64,000 bases of DNA from Perna viridis (Eukaryota). The stretch covers positions 8,432,001 to 8,496,000 of the forward strand of contig CM074518.1 in the NCBI GenBank assembly GCA_037379345.1, in the 5' to 3' direction. Positions within the stretch are counted from its first letter, which is position 1; each line of letters begins with the position of its first letter. Positions 25,666 through 37,139 of the stretch are shown one piece after another. The notes below the pieces were generated by a model that searched no databases, was not told the origin of the DNA, and saw only the letters and a program-made list of their open reading frames with translations. The position numbers were made by a program, and so were the translations under genes.

Positions 25666-26163
25666 GCCCCGTGCAGGTCCGGCTGTTAAAAGAATAGGCT
25701 TGCAGCAGCGCTAAGCTTGTCGGAAAAGGCGACTAAATAGTGCTCAGAACCCTAACCGGGGGCTAGGGCGCTCTGCCCACAGAGCAACTGGGATGTGTGC
25801 CCCAGGTGGTGGAATGGGGTACCCCTGGCGTGTTACGTGCTGGGGTTGTCAAGCTATAATACGGAAAACCTGACCGCAAACCATAGTAGTGCACCGTGTT
25901 GGGAAAGATGCCACGTTCCTCGCACGTGAAAGAACCCTACTGTGGTATTCTCCCGGAGTAGGAACCATAGGGCTCCGCCACAGGAGGCTAAATTACCCGA
26001 CCCTACCCACCTCTCCCTATTTCCAGTGGCAATCAAAATTTGTCGACCCCATTGTCCTCGTGTCCCATCCCTTTTTCATTTCATCATTATTTCATGTTCA
26101 TCGTCTGAATATAGCTGAAATATTGCTGCTCGGACGTTAAACCCCAACAAACAAACAAACAAA
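25666..26163 (+). mobile_element. ~510-bp retroposon, full length (subtype A)
   Basis: TSD TCAATT(T/C)TCGG at 25655-25665 / 26164-26174. Confidence 0.93.
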
Positions 26164-26669
26164 TCAATTCTCGGCCTCTAACAGCAGAATGGATCCATAG
26201 TGCTTCATTGTACCTGGTTTCTATAGATTAATGATGTCTCTCACAACTCACACGATGTCAACCACATATACTTACCTCTTACGTTTCTAGGCCATTCTGA
26301 AGCCAAAAATTGCAAAAAATCCTCATTTGTTCTCTTGAGTGACTCCTCTGGGGAACCCTGACCTTCATTTGACGACTATAATAAACAATTTTTGGCTTTA
26401 ATTACCATCAAAGGGAACAAGCTTTGGAAAATTGCACTTTGCACACTGTCTTACCCCTGGTGAGCACCACATCCCGTCAAAAATCACCAAAAATGACCAT
26501 TTTCAGGTAACAGACCCATTTTCCGCCCATGCCCACCCATCCTACCATTAGATTATACACTGAAAGAGGTGAAACAAAGACGCATTTATGTCATAAACCT
26601 GACTGAATTAAACATAAAGAATGTACCTTATAACTGTTCCACAACAATAATAACTTCTCGTAGAGATAA

Positions 26670-29375
26670 AAGGGCTAGACTGGGAAGTAACTCCTGTCCA
26701 AGATGTGACAAAAGCTTAGATAGGACAGAAGACTAACTTACATGTAGTATATGCGAGCTTTGCTACTGTATAGAATGCACAAATGTATCCAGAGTATTGT
26801 TTATGGCCCTTAAAGAGGATCAAACACAAAATTTTATGTGGATTTGTAATGGCTGCAAACAAAGTTTCCCTAGTTTAACAGCTATGAAACAGCAAGTTAG
26901 GTTGATAGAAGAAACAAATAACACCAAACTCGTCACAATAGAATATAGAATGGGTACATTTGGTAGCGTTATTAAAGAAAAGGTAGAAGAAATAACTTGT
27001 ATAAAACCTTTTCTCATAGAAATTATAAAAGGGGAAGTAAAAAATACATTGCAAGACGATGTAAGAAAAGAAATAAGAGAAATTGAGGACCAGAAAATAC
27101 GTACTATGAACCTTATTCTTTTCAATGTTCCAGAAAGCCGTGACGAACAAAGCCAAATGCGTAGACCATGGCGTTAAAGTGGTAACAGACCTTTGTACTT
27201 TCCTCAACGTCGAGTTTCCTGATATTAAGACAAACTTCAGACTGGGTAATAAAACAAGCAACAGCTCGAGACCATTCAAACTGATTTTCAACAACAAAAA
27301 ACAAAGGAAAGATATATTAGACAATGCTAATAAACTCAATAATATTCCTGAAACCAATCATTTGGCAAGATGTGTCATTGCCAAGGACCTGAAAGGACAT
27401 CCTCGCACCCCTCAACAATATTAGTCTCCTATCGGAATCCAGTTTAGGAGATAACACTATTATTGGTGGATTTGATGTGGGACAAACAAGAGAATTAACA
27501 AGTCCCATACCAGGCACAAGCCAATCATAAGCAAACTGTTTTAATATTTTAACAAGCACTGTAAATATCGAGCACTTAAAGATTATGTACAGTAATGTTT
27601 ATGGTTTTAATTATAAAATGGATGAACTAATTGCACTAAAGATTCGATGTGTTATGTATCACAGAGACGTTGTTAAAAAACAATTGACTTAAATGTTGAT
27701 GCAAATGAGTGAAAAATAAACGGATATGACATGTTCATGTCACCAAAAAACATATTTACAGGAAGAGGTTGCCATATTTACACCAAAGAGGAGTTGCAAG
27801 TCTACCAAATAGAAACTTAATCTAGATTAAACAAATTTGGAGAATACGTACAGGTTGGAATAATTGGAACATTGGGAATCAGGCTATTAATTACATGCAT
27901 ATATCGAAGCCCCAGCGCAGTAAATCCAGATTATACTGAAGAACTCTCGACAATTCTGGAGACGACGAAAATAATGAATACTAACTATAAATATGAGCTG
28001 CATTTAGGGGATTTCAATTTCAAAGAAATTGACTGGAAAAATAACAACCAGTGTGGGACTAGAACATAGCTACTAAAATTCTGGAAACTGTAATGGACAC
28101 ATATTTGTATCAGTATGTAAGAGAACCAATACTCCATGGATGAACGAGGAAGCAAAAGTGGCATTAATAACAAAACGTAGACTACGGAAAAAAAATAAAT
28201 ATTACAGAAACTCTTAAAACAAAGATAGATATGAATCCGCTAAAAGAATATCAAACAACTTAGTGAGAAGTGCAAAATATGATTATGAGCACTCCATCGC
28301 AACTAAAATGATGGGCAATGGTAAGATTTTTTTTTGAAATATATCGTATCTAAAACAAAAACAACAAAAAAAACATTCCAGGCATTGTTGATGATAATGG
28401 AGAACTACATACCAATGACCAACAAAAGGCAGAACTTCTTAACAGCTACTTCAAAAGTGTATTTACAAATAAATATCCGGATATCGTGATTCCACCATTC
28501 CCCAATAGAACAGACCCGAAAATCGATAGCATAATATTCAATAAGGATAAAATCCAAGATCATCTAAAAAGAATAAAAGAATCCAGATCTTCAGGACCTG
28601 ATGAATTACATCCAAATTATCTAAAAGAGACAGCTAGGAGTCCAGCAGAGCCCCACACCTAATATTTGCCAAGTCAATAGAAACTATGAAAATGCCCACT
28701 ACTTGGAGAATGGCTAATGTGTCTCCTATCCACAAAAAGGGCTCCAAAACTACAATATCAAACTACCGTCCAATACGTTTGACCTCTGAAATCTGCAAAA
28801 CCATGGAAAGTCTATGAGAGACGAACTAATGGAACACATGGAGAGTAACATTCTCTGTACTGACCATCAAAATGGCTTTAGGAAAGGCAGGTCTTGCATT
28901 ACCCAATTAATAGAGGTACTTCATGAATGAACAGAAAAACTAGACAGCTCACATGCAATGGATACAATATATTTGGATTTTCAAAGAGCATTTGACACAG
29001 TGCCACATAAACGGCTCATAAAAAACGTTAAAAAGTTATTGTATCACTGGGGATCTATTTGGGTGGACAAACCATTTTTATCAAACAGAAGACAAAAAAG
29101 TAGTTCTAAATGAAAGCCACTCAGAATGGTCACAAGTAACTAGCGGTATACCTCAAGGAAGTGTTCTGGGGCCTATTCTGTTTTCCATCTATATAAATGA
29201 ACTACCAGATGTAGTCAAAAATATTCAATTTGCAAAACTTCGTAGACGACACCAAATCGTATGCAGTAGTTAACAAAGCTGAAGAAGGTCAAACCCTACA
29301 AAGAGATATTGATAGACTGGTGCAATGGCCCAATGACTGGCCTTTAAAATTTAACCCAACAAAATGTAAACACGT
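26670..29375 (+). mobile_element. CR1-clade LINE, degraded and internally deleted
   Basis: ORF1: PHD-like cysteines (CSIC..C..C..WICNGC), LILFNVPES, FRLG..RPFKLIF. ORF2: IYRSP, LGDFNF.EIDW, SGPDELHP, NYRPI, DFQRAFDTVPH, SGIPQGSVLGP, FVDDTK, LKFNPTKCK. Confidence 0.88.
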
Positions 29376-29403
29376 ACTAGTACAAAAATCGTTTTACTAC
29401 AAA

Positions 29404-30468
29404 TTACAATGGGAAACAGTGTTTATTAACTTTTCTTTGGATCATTTGTATATGACTACCATTTAAAGCAGTATAATATGATGTACATGATGTAAGACCA
29501 GCTGCGTAGTTAATACGCTTGTATAATCGCCCCAACAAACGGTTGTTAAAATTACCGTTAGGGTGCTTATGTCCTTCGCTATCACCCGCTTTTGTTGTTT
29601 GATGTAATGCTAGCAACGTTCTCGTAGCGTCAACAGTTGTGTGTTTATGTTTTCTTGCATTCAATACTAAAAAGTTATCATACGCAACTCTGCCTATGAC
29701 AACCTCGGGACAATCTTTCCAAGGATATTTTGAATCGGTGATGAAATAATCTTCTCCCCATGGTGTAAAAAGTTTTCCTTTTTTCGCGAGTAGAGTAATG
29801 TTTTCATGGGAAGAGGCTTGTGATTCAGTTACATCACGAACATTTGTTCTTTGTCCAACAATTAACATCGGGTGTTCACTATAAGGTTTTAATTTCAGTA
29901 AAGTTTTAACTAAAGTATGAGTAAACAACAAGTCTCCATTGCTGTAACCATAAAAATGTGCGTTGTATTTTTTCATTACATCTAAATACATGAATTTGAG
30001 TATCGGTACTCCGATTGATGACGTCTTTGGAAGCATTACATCCCATCCAGCCTTTCTCACTCTATTTGAAAGATCCTCGTCGTCTGAGAAAAATATAGAT
30101 TTAACAAATGGCGCAAGCGATGCCCAATTGTTAACTGTATTATTTCTGCAAACATATTTCTCTGGTTTCGATGTAAAAGTTGTAAACAGAACTAATAAAA
30201 TTTTCTCTCCAGGGATAGTATTATTCAGAACATCATCGCTTATTGAATCATTAATATCTTTATTATTTTTGTTTGTTTGGAAATCTATATTCATCATTTG
30301 TTCTACGTTGTGTTTGAACACATCGAGATCATCTAAAGCGGTCTTCATCATATGTGAAATAGTGGCCGTTCTGAAAGTAATACTCCCATATAGAAATACA
30401 TAGATAACAGTAAACACCAGACATAACAATAGAATCTTTGTATGTTTGTCACCTGGAATATAGCCCAT
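29404..30468 (-). CDS. Type II membrane glycosyltransferase-like protein (GT-A-fold-like), paralogue 2
   Basis: Intact 354-aa single-exon ORF with an N-terminal hydrophobic anchor, a stem region and motifs YGYSNGDLLF, GQRTNV, DYFIT, GRVAYDNF, ALHQ. Splice acceptor at 30517-30518 just upstream. Function inferred from motifs only. Confidence 0.8.
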   Translation of the reverse strand: MGYIPGDKHTKILLLCLVFTVIYVFLYGSITFRTATISHMMKTALDDLDVFKHNVEQMMNIDFQTNKNNKDINDSISDDVLNNTIPGEKILLVLFTTFTSKPEKYVCRNNTVNNWASLAPFVKSIFFSDDEDLSNRVRKAGWDVMLPKTSSIGVPILKFMYLDVMKKYNAHFYGYSNGDLLFTHTLVKTLLKLKPYSEHPMLIVGQRTNVRDVTESQASSHENITLLAKKGKLFTPWGEDYFITDSKYPWKDCPEVVIGRVAYDNFLVLNARKHKHTTVDATRTLLALHQTTKAGDSEGHKHPNGNFNNRLLGRLYKRINYAAGLTSCTSYYTALNGSHIQMIQRKVNKHCFPL

Positions 30469-31164
30469 CCCTTTTTGTTGCTTTTTGTTGAAAACTTCAA
30501 ACTAACTTCAAACAACCTAAAACGAAAGAGAAAAAATAAATGTAAATTCCAGTTATGAGATTTTAATAATATTTTCATTGACGATCTTTTCATCAATACA
30601 TCATGTGCGTGTTTCATGTGTTTTAATTTAAATTACTGGCATTGCATTCCGGTGGGCAATCTGTGTAATATAATTTGGACATGCTACAAACTTTTTTTTG
30701 TAATTTTCAAAACAGCAATATATCAAAACAGAGAAGATAAACATATAAAAATAGTCAACTGTTGATAAAATACAAAATACAGTTGCATTAATAAAATAGT
30801 AAATTCGATAGAGTTGCATCCTCTTTAGTCATGCAACTTTTTGTGTTGTACCTCCTCACGAACACGGAGGGGAATAGGATTTCGAGCAGAGTTGTGGTGT
30901 CACGAAGTCTATTTTTCCAAATATTGTCTCGCTCCTCTATTTGTTATTCTTTTCCCCCAGTAGCCTACCACAAAGGATTAGCGGTGATACGTATTTTCAG
31001 ATAGTTGAAGGTTTGGCTTATATTCGATTTTATTATGAAATCATGTTCGGGCTGTGGTAAAATATTTTGTTAAGTCGTTGATATAACGCTTCTCAACTAT
31101 TGTTAGTTCTTGTTAGTTTGACCAAACTATACGACAAACACAACTTTTCATCCGCTTATTTTCA

Positions 31165-31472
31165 ACCTTCCTTTCATCTGTGGCAACATCATTTCGTCAC
31201 CTGCGTTTGGAGTTTTCATATCACAACTCATACATTATGCCAGAGCATGCCGTAAATATGCTGACTTTTTGTACCGCGCTAGACTTCTTACAATCAGGCT
31301 TCTAGACAGGGACATGTTGCTACAAGATTGAAGTCATATTTACAGAAGTTTCATGGTCGTCATCATGAACTCTGGGATCGTTACGGTGTATCTACTTCAC
31401 TACAAGAACCAATTTGTTCACCGTGTTATAGTTTTCCTTTCCTCTTTTGTCTACCCTGGAGTTGACTTTTTT
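31165..31472 (+). mobile_element. Penelope-like element RT thumb fragment
   Basis: PFICGNIISSPAFGVFISQLIHYARAC..KFHGRHHEL. Confidence 0.8.
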
Positions 31473-31535
31473 ATTCAAGAAGTAATGGAAATCACTCATC
31501 ACTCTCCGACTATCATAATAGGAATCTGGAGAGAA

Positions 31536-32042
31536 TGATTGATTGATTGTTGGGGTTTTAACGCCCGAGCAGCAATATTTCAGCTATATTCAGACGATGA
31601 ACATGAAATTGATGATAAAATGAACATAAAATGATGATGAAATGAAAAAGGGATGGGACACAAGGACAATGGGGTCGACAAATTTTGATTGCCACTGGAA
31701 ATAGGGAGAGGTGGGTAGGGTCGGGCAATTTAGCCTCCTGTGGCGGAGCCCTATGGTTCCTACTCCGGGAGAATACCACAGTAGGGTTCTTTAACGTGCG
31801 AGGAACGTGGCATCTTTCCCAACACGGTGCTCCGCTATGGTTTGCGGTCAGGTTTTCCGTATTATAGCCTGACAACCCCAGCATGTAATACGCCAGGGGT
31901 ACCCCATTCCACCACCTGGGGCACACATCCCAGTTGCTCTGTGGGCAAAGCGCCCTAGCCCCCGGCTAAGGTTCTGAGCCTTTTACGACAAGCTTAGCGC
32001 TGCTGCAGGCGTATTCTTTAAACACCAGGACCTGCACGGGGC
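31536..32042 (-). mobile_element. ~510-bp retroposon, near full length (subtype A body, AATC tail)
   Basis: Homology to other copies; ~15-bp deletion in the head region. Confidence 0.9.
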
Positions 32043-32576
32043 AAACAACTGATTATAAGTAACAACAATGTACAAACTAAGGACTACTAGCAGTTAACTA
32101 CCTAATGGACGGAGTGTTGTAGATTATATTGTAGCTTCACAGTCATTGTTACCACAAATATTTTGCATGAATGTTAATGAGTTTATTCCCTGCTTATAGA
32201 CTGTCGTTGTAAAATTTCACTGAAAATACTAGCAAATTTTGAAATTGAAAAGAGAGAAAAAGGGTTGTTTATTTTCCAAACCAGTTATGTTTGGTATAAT
32301 AAAAGTACTATAGAATTTTAAAAAAGTTCAGTCATCCAGCCATTCAAAGTGAAATTAAGAACTTTATGGATGATTCTATAGACCTTACTCCAGAAAAAAA
32401 AATAATTCTGTCACTGAAAAGATTCATAGAATTTTTTACAAAGTGAGTAAAGCTTCCTAAAAAAAATCAAACAACAAAGGGAAAATCATAAACGCTGAAA
32501 AAAAAATGAAAAAAAGCTGTTTTAGATGTCAAAATTTCCTAAAAGATCCTATCATTAGAGGTACAAATTTAATTTT

Positions 32577-33938
32577 ATTAGCTCACCTGGCCGAGGCCAA
32601 GTGAGTTTATGCCATCACTTGGCGTCCGTCTCGTCGTCGTCGTGGACAAATTTTCGAAAATTTTCTTCTGTAAAACTACTAGACTGACAGGATTTAAACT
32701 TGGCATGATTGTTCCCTAGGGTGTTTGATCCATGGAAAAACATGGCCGCCGCTACTAAAAATAGAACACAGGAGTCAGATGGCAGTTTTTTTTAATAACT
32801 CAAAAACCGTTGCATTTAGCAAATTTCTGACATGTGTAATATTGTTCAGCATCATGAGACGGACCTATGCCAATATTTTCAAAACGATTCGTCAACTGAT
32901 GTAGGAGTTACGGCCCCTGAAACAGTTTTTTTTGCATTTTTCGCATGTGCAACTTTGAAAATCTTCTCAAAATCCATCGCACCGAATTCAATGAAAGTAG
33001 GCATATGTGTTTCTTAGGGTATTCCACACAAAATGAATGTTGGGAGTTTTGATCCATGAAAAAACATGGCCGTCGTTACTAAAAATAGAACATAGGGGTC
33101 AGATGGCAGTTTTTTGCAAATAACTCAAAAAACCGTTGCCTTTAGCAAATTTCTGGCATCGGTAATATTGTTCAGCATCATAAGACGGACCTATGCCGAA
33201 ATTTTCAAAACGATTCGTCAACTGATGTAGGAGTTTCGGCCCTTGAAACAGTTTTTTTTGCATTTTTCGCATGTGCAACTTTGAAAATCTTTTCAAAATC
33301 CATTGCACAGAATTCAATGAAAGTTGGCATATACGTTCATTAGGGTTTCCCACACAAAATGACCGTTGGGATTTTTTATTTGTGAAAAGACATGACTGCT
33401 GTTACTTAAAATAGAACATAGGAGTCAGATGGCAGTTGTTTTTTGTTTTTTGTTTTTTGTTTTGCATAGATGAAATTGTTAAGCATCATGAGAAGGACCT
33501 ATGCCGAAATTTTCAAAACCATTTATTGACTGATGTAGGAGTTACGGTCCCTGAAACGGTTTTTTGTTTTTTGTTTGTTTTTTTTTCACTCGTACGACTT
33601 TGAAAATCTTCTCTAAAACCATTTAAGATCATTGAATGAAAATTAGCATCATAGTTCTTTAGTGTAGTGTGCTCAAAATGACTTGTGATTTTTAATCCGT
33701 GAATAGATATGGCTGCCCATAATTAAAATAGAAGACATTTTTTTGAAAATGATTAAAAAATTGTTATCTTCAGCAAAATTCTAGTTCAGGTCATGAAAAT
33801 GCTATTAAAAGCATTTCCTGCATTTGACAATTTAGTTGATTTTAACTTAACCAGTCTCATTCCTCAAGATTTTTTTTTTTTAAATAAGCAAATGGTTAAC
33901 CAGGTGAGCGATTCAGGCTCACTTGAGCCTATAGTTTT
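32577..33938 (+). mobile_element. Helentron-associated element (HINE/Pearl-like) with internal ~325-bp tandem array
   Basis: subTIRs GCTCACCTG (32581) / CAGGTGAGC (33901), (GTC)n near the 5' end, 3' hairpin AGGCTC-ACTT-GAGCCT, T-rich flanks; units begin near 32728, 33051, 33378 and 33694. Confidence 0.8.
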
Positions 33939-35399
33939 AATTAATAAGCCTGAAAATTACCGAGGCATTACAACTGCATAAAAATCATACAATCATAGTA
34001 ATATCATGTGATTTGATCAAATAAAACAAATATTATATATTTCCTTAGTTCTGCGTGAAAAGATATGATATAATCTCTTGATATACACCAAAACATAAAG
34101 CCAATGACTGTATATGAGTATTGAATTTAATGACGTTACGCGCGCTGTTAGTACTCCATTGAATAATCCGCATGTATGGCTAGAATAATGCCCAAAAATC
34201 TCCATTTTCGTGCGAAAGAACCGCCTTTCAATTTTTTTTTTAATAAAAGTACATTTGATAAAAATAACAAAATATTAGGCACAAAAATTTCATGTTTAAA
34301 TGACGCGTTTAACAGTCATATTTTTTTTAATTCGACTTTTTCAGCTTGTCCAGGGTAACATTTTTCATGAGCATATATACTAAACTACTATTTGCAAGTA
34401 AAGACCAAATAAATGTAAAAAAAAATATCATTGTCTTAATTATCAAACAAGGAGGTTCTGGTAGTCATATTGATAATATTTTATGATGTTCTTGTGATGT
34501 CTGGGAAAAATAATTCGTCCAATATTGAGAAATATTTCCCGTATGAAAAATGAAAACGGCAAGCTGATTGTAAAGGCAAAGAACGAAGAGCTAAAATGAA
34601 GAAAGGGTTATAATTCTATTACTAAATAAATGTTATTTTTCTAAAATCAATAATTGCGTAGCAAAATTACCCTCAAGATGTAAATTTTTGAAATATGAGC
34701 TACTTTACTGAGGCTTACAGAATTGTTGCCTCCACTTTTGGTCCAAAATACATTTGTACAAGACTGCCTGAAGTTAGCAGCTATGGTTTGTTTAGTAATG
34801 CTCCTTTGTGTGTTTAATTTCATGAATTTTCAGAATGTTATTTTTGTCAATTTTAATAACACCCATGTCTTATTCTTTTCCGTTGTATAAGATTACAGCA
34901 TCGTTACTTTTTCGGAGTCTTACAAGATTGTCCCACTAGCTAAAAGCGACGTTTTCCCCTAATAGTTCGCATTGCAGATAATCCAGACGTTGTGTTACAC
35001 TTTCACGTGAAAACATCGCGCGTAACGTTAATAGATTCAATCATACATTGTATATAGGGTTTGTAAGTCTCGTTCTAGTTTCATTTTCTTTACCGGAATT
35101 TCCGGCGTAGAACATAATAAAAACCGAAGACCGATCAGCATTTTATTGTATACCTCCTGGTACTCGAAACGATGTATAACAAGGCAAAATCTTCTATTTT
35201 ATGTTTGTTCTTAATACCTTTATCATGTAGAAATAGATATTTGTCATTTTTATCGGTATTTTTTTTTACATAAAAAGATGTTTTTAACACTGAACTCAAC
35301 GCTCTCTAAATGACAAATCTCCATGCTTTTGAAAGGTAGACTAGGACCCATTCTCGTGAAATCACGGGGTCACATGACGAGAATTACATACCCTATTGC

Positions 35400-35910
35400 G
35401 CCCCGAGCAGGTCCGGGTGTCAAAAGAATAGGCCTGCAGCAGCGCTAAGCTCGTCGTATAAGGCGACTAAACAGTGCTCAGCAACCTAGCCGGGGGCTAG
35501 GCGCTCTGCCCACAGAGCAACTGGGATGTGTGCCCCAGGTGGTGGAATGGGGTACCCCTGGCGTGTTACATGCTGGGGTTGTCAGGCTATAATACGGAAA
35601 ACCTGACCGCAAACCATAGTGGTGCACCGTGTTGGGAAAGATGCCACGTTCCTCTCACGTTAAAGAATCCTGCTGTGGTATTCGATAGGAGTAGGAACCT
35701 TTGCGCTCCGCCACAGGAGGCTAAATTGCCCGAACTTACCCATCCCCCCTTTTTCCAGTGGCAATCAAAAATTTGTCGACCCTATTATCCTTGTGACCCA
35801 TCCTTTTTGTTTCATTTCATGTTCATTTTGTCATCCATTTCATGTTCATTGTCTGAATATAGCTGAAATATTGCTGCTCGGACGTTAAACCCCAACAAAC
35901 AAACAAACAA
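35400..35910 (+). mobile_element. ~510-bp retroposon, full length (subtype B body, AAAC tail)
   Basis: Perfect 14-bp TSD ACATACCCTATTGC at 35386-35399 / 35911-35924. Confidence 0.95.
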
Positions 35911-36219
35911 ACATACCCTATTGCCAAATACCGTTTCTAGACACCAGAAATAAGCTTTTTTAGGTATGAAGGGTAATATAATACTAGGTTTTCATTCTCT
36001 TCGTTGCTTTCTAGTTAATTCATAATAAACAGAAATTTTCCTTATAAAATCTTACAAGAGATTGATAATTTGGTGACAATGATATATATATATATATATA
36101 ATTTGATTTCAGAAGTAAAACGCTTTCTGATTGGATAAACAATTTTGTCCATCAACTCAAAGATACATTTTGTTATATGTCTGTGACGTCATCAACCCTT
36201 GTCAATGATTTACACGTTG

Positions 36220-37085
36220 TAAAGACTATCATATTTTTTTAGCAAATCTGGAAGTTTTAAAAAATGTAAACAACATCTGAAGGACAAAGCAACATGTGCA
36301 ATGTACGACGTTTTAAGGAATGGTCGACTACACAACTTATCAATAAAATTCCACATAGACTTATTCAATATACTTGTCAAACCTATTCTGTTGTATGGAT
36401 GCAAAATTGGGTTATGAAAACAGTGAAACAGAGAGAGTACAAACAAAATTTTATAAACTTTCTTTACATCTTAAGCGGTCGACTCAAAAGGACTTTATTT
36501 ATGGAGAACTTCGCTGTTCTCCAATTGAAATTGAACTATTTCATTTTGGACAAAGATAATAACAGGAAAAGAAAACAAAATGGCTTTGTAATGTTTAAAT
36601 TTCTATTTATGCTGACACACAAAAAAAAACCAAAAAAAAACATTTCAGCCCGTTCTCTCGGCAAGATGAAAAGTATCTTAGACAGATGTGGATTTTCGTA
36701 TCCATGGACATTCCAAAACACATCACCTAGAGTTGGTCAATAAACATCAATGATACGCCAAAAGCCCTGAACTATCGCTTATACAAGACATCACACATTT
36801 TGTGCACTATTTTCACGCACTCCATGATAGAGATATTATAACACTGTCGAGATTCAGAACAATGAACCATAAGCTTCCAATCGAATAAGGCAGGTGGCAA
36901 AATATTTCCCGAGAACAGAGGATATACCCGTTATGTAGAGAAATTGTTAATGACGAATACCACTATGTAATGGAGTGTAACCATGTACAAGTAGAAAGAA
37001 AGTTATTCATTGACCGAAAGTACATAGCTCATCCTAATATTCTAAAATTCATTGCTGTCATGAACCGAAAGCAGCAATCTGAGTA
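36220..37085 (+). pseudogene. LINE ORF2 C-terminal fragment (RTEX-like)
   Basis: PILLYGCKIG, RVQTKFYK..LKRST..IYGEL..PIEI and HKLPIE*GRWQNISREQRI..C...DEYHYVMEC zinc-finger region. Confidence 0.7.
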
Positions 37086-37139
37086 AATTATTCAAGTTAT
37101 CGGTAACAAACTGGATTCTATCTAATTTTCATCTAATTG

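Noticed and set aside
29963-30403. 146-aa plus-strand ORF and other short antisense or AT-rich ORFs
   Set aside because: Antisense shadow of the real gene, or low-complexity chance ORFs with no recognisable motifs.
31558-31926. Recurrent 60-122 aa ORFs (MCPRWWNGVPL..., ..GSGNLASCGGAL..) on both strands
   Set aside because: They are translations of the ~510-bp repeat, often with non-ATG starts, and frames break freely between copies; there is no sign of coding constraint.
34105-35057. MITE bounded by imperfect inverted repeats containing ACGTTACGCGCG
   Set aside because: The inverted similarity is real but short, and no termini or TSD could be fixed.
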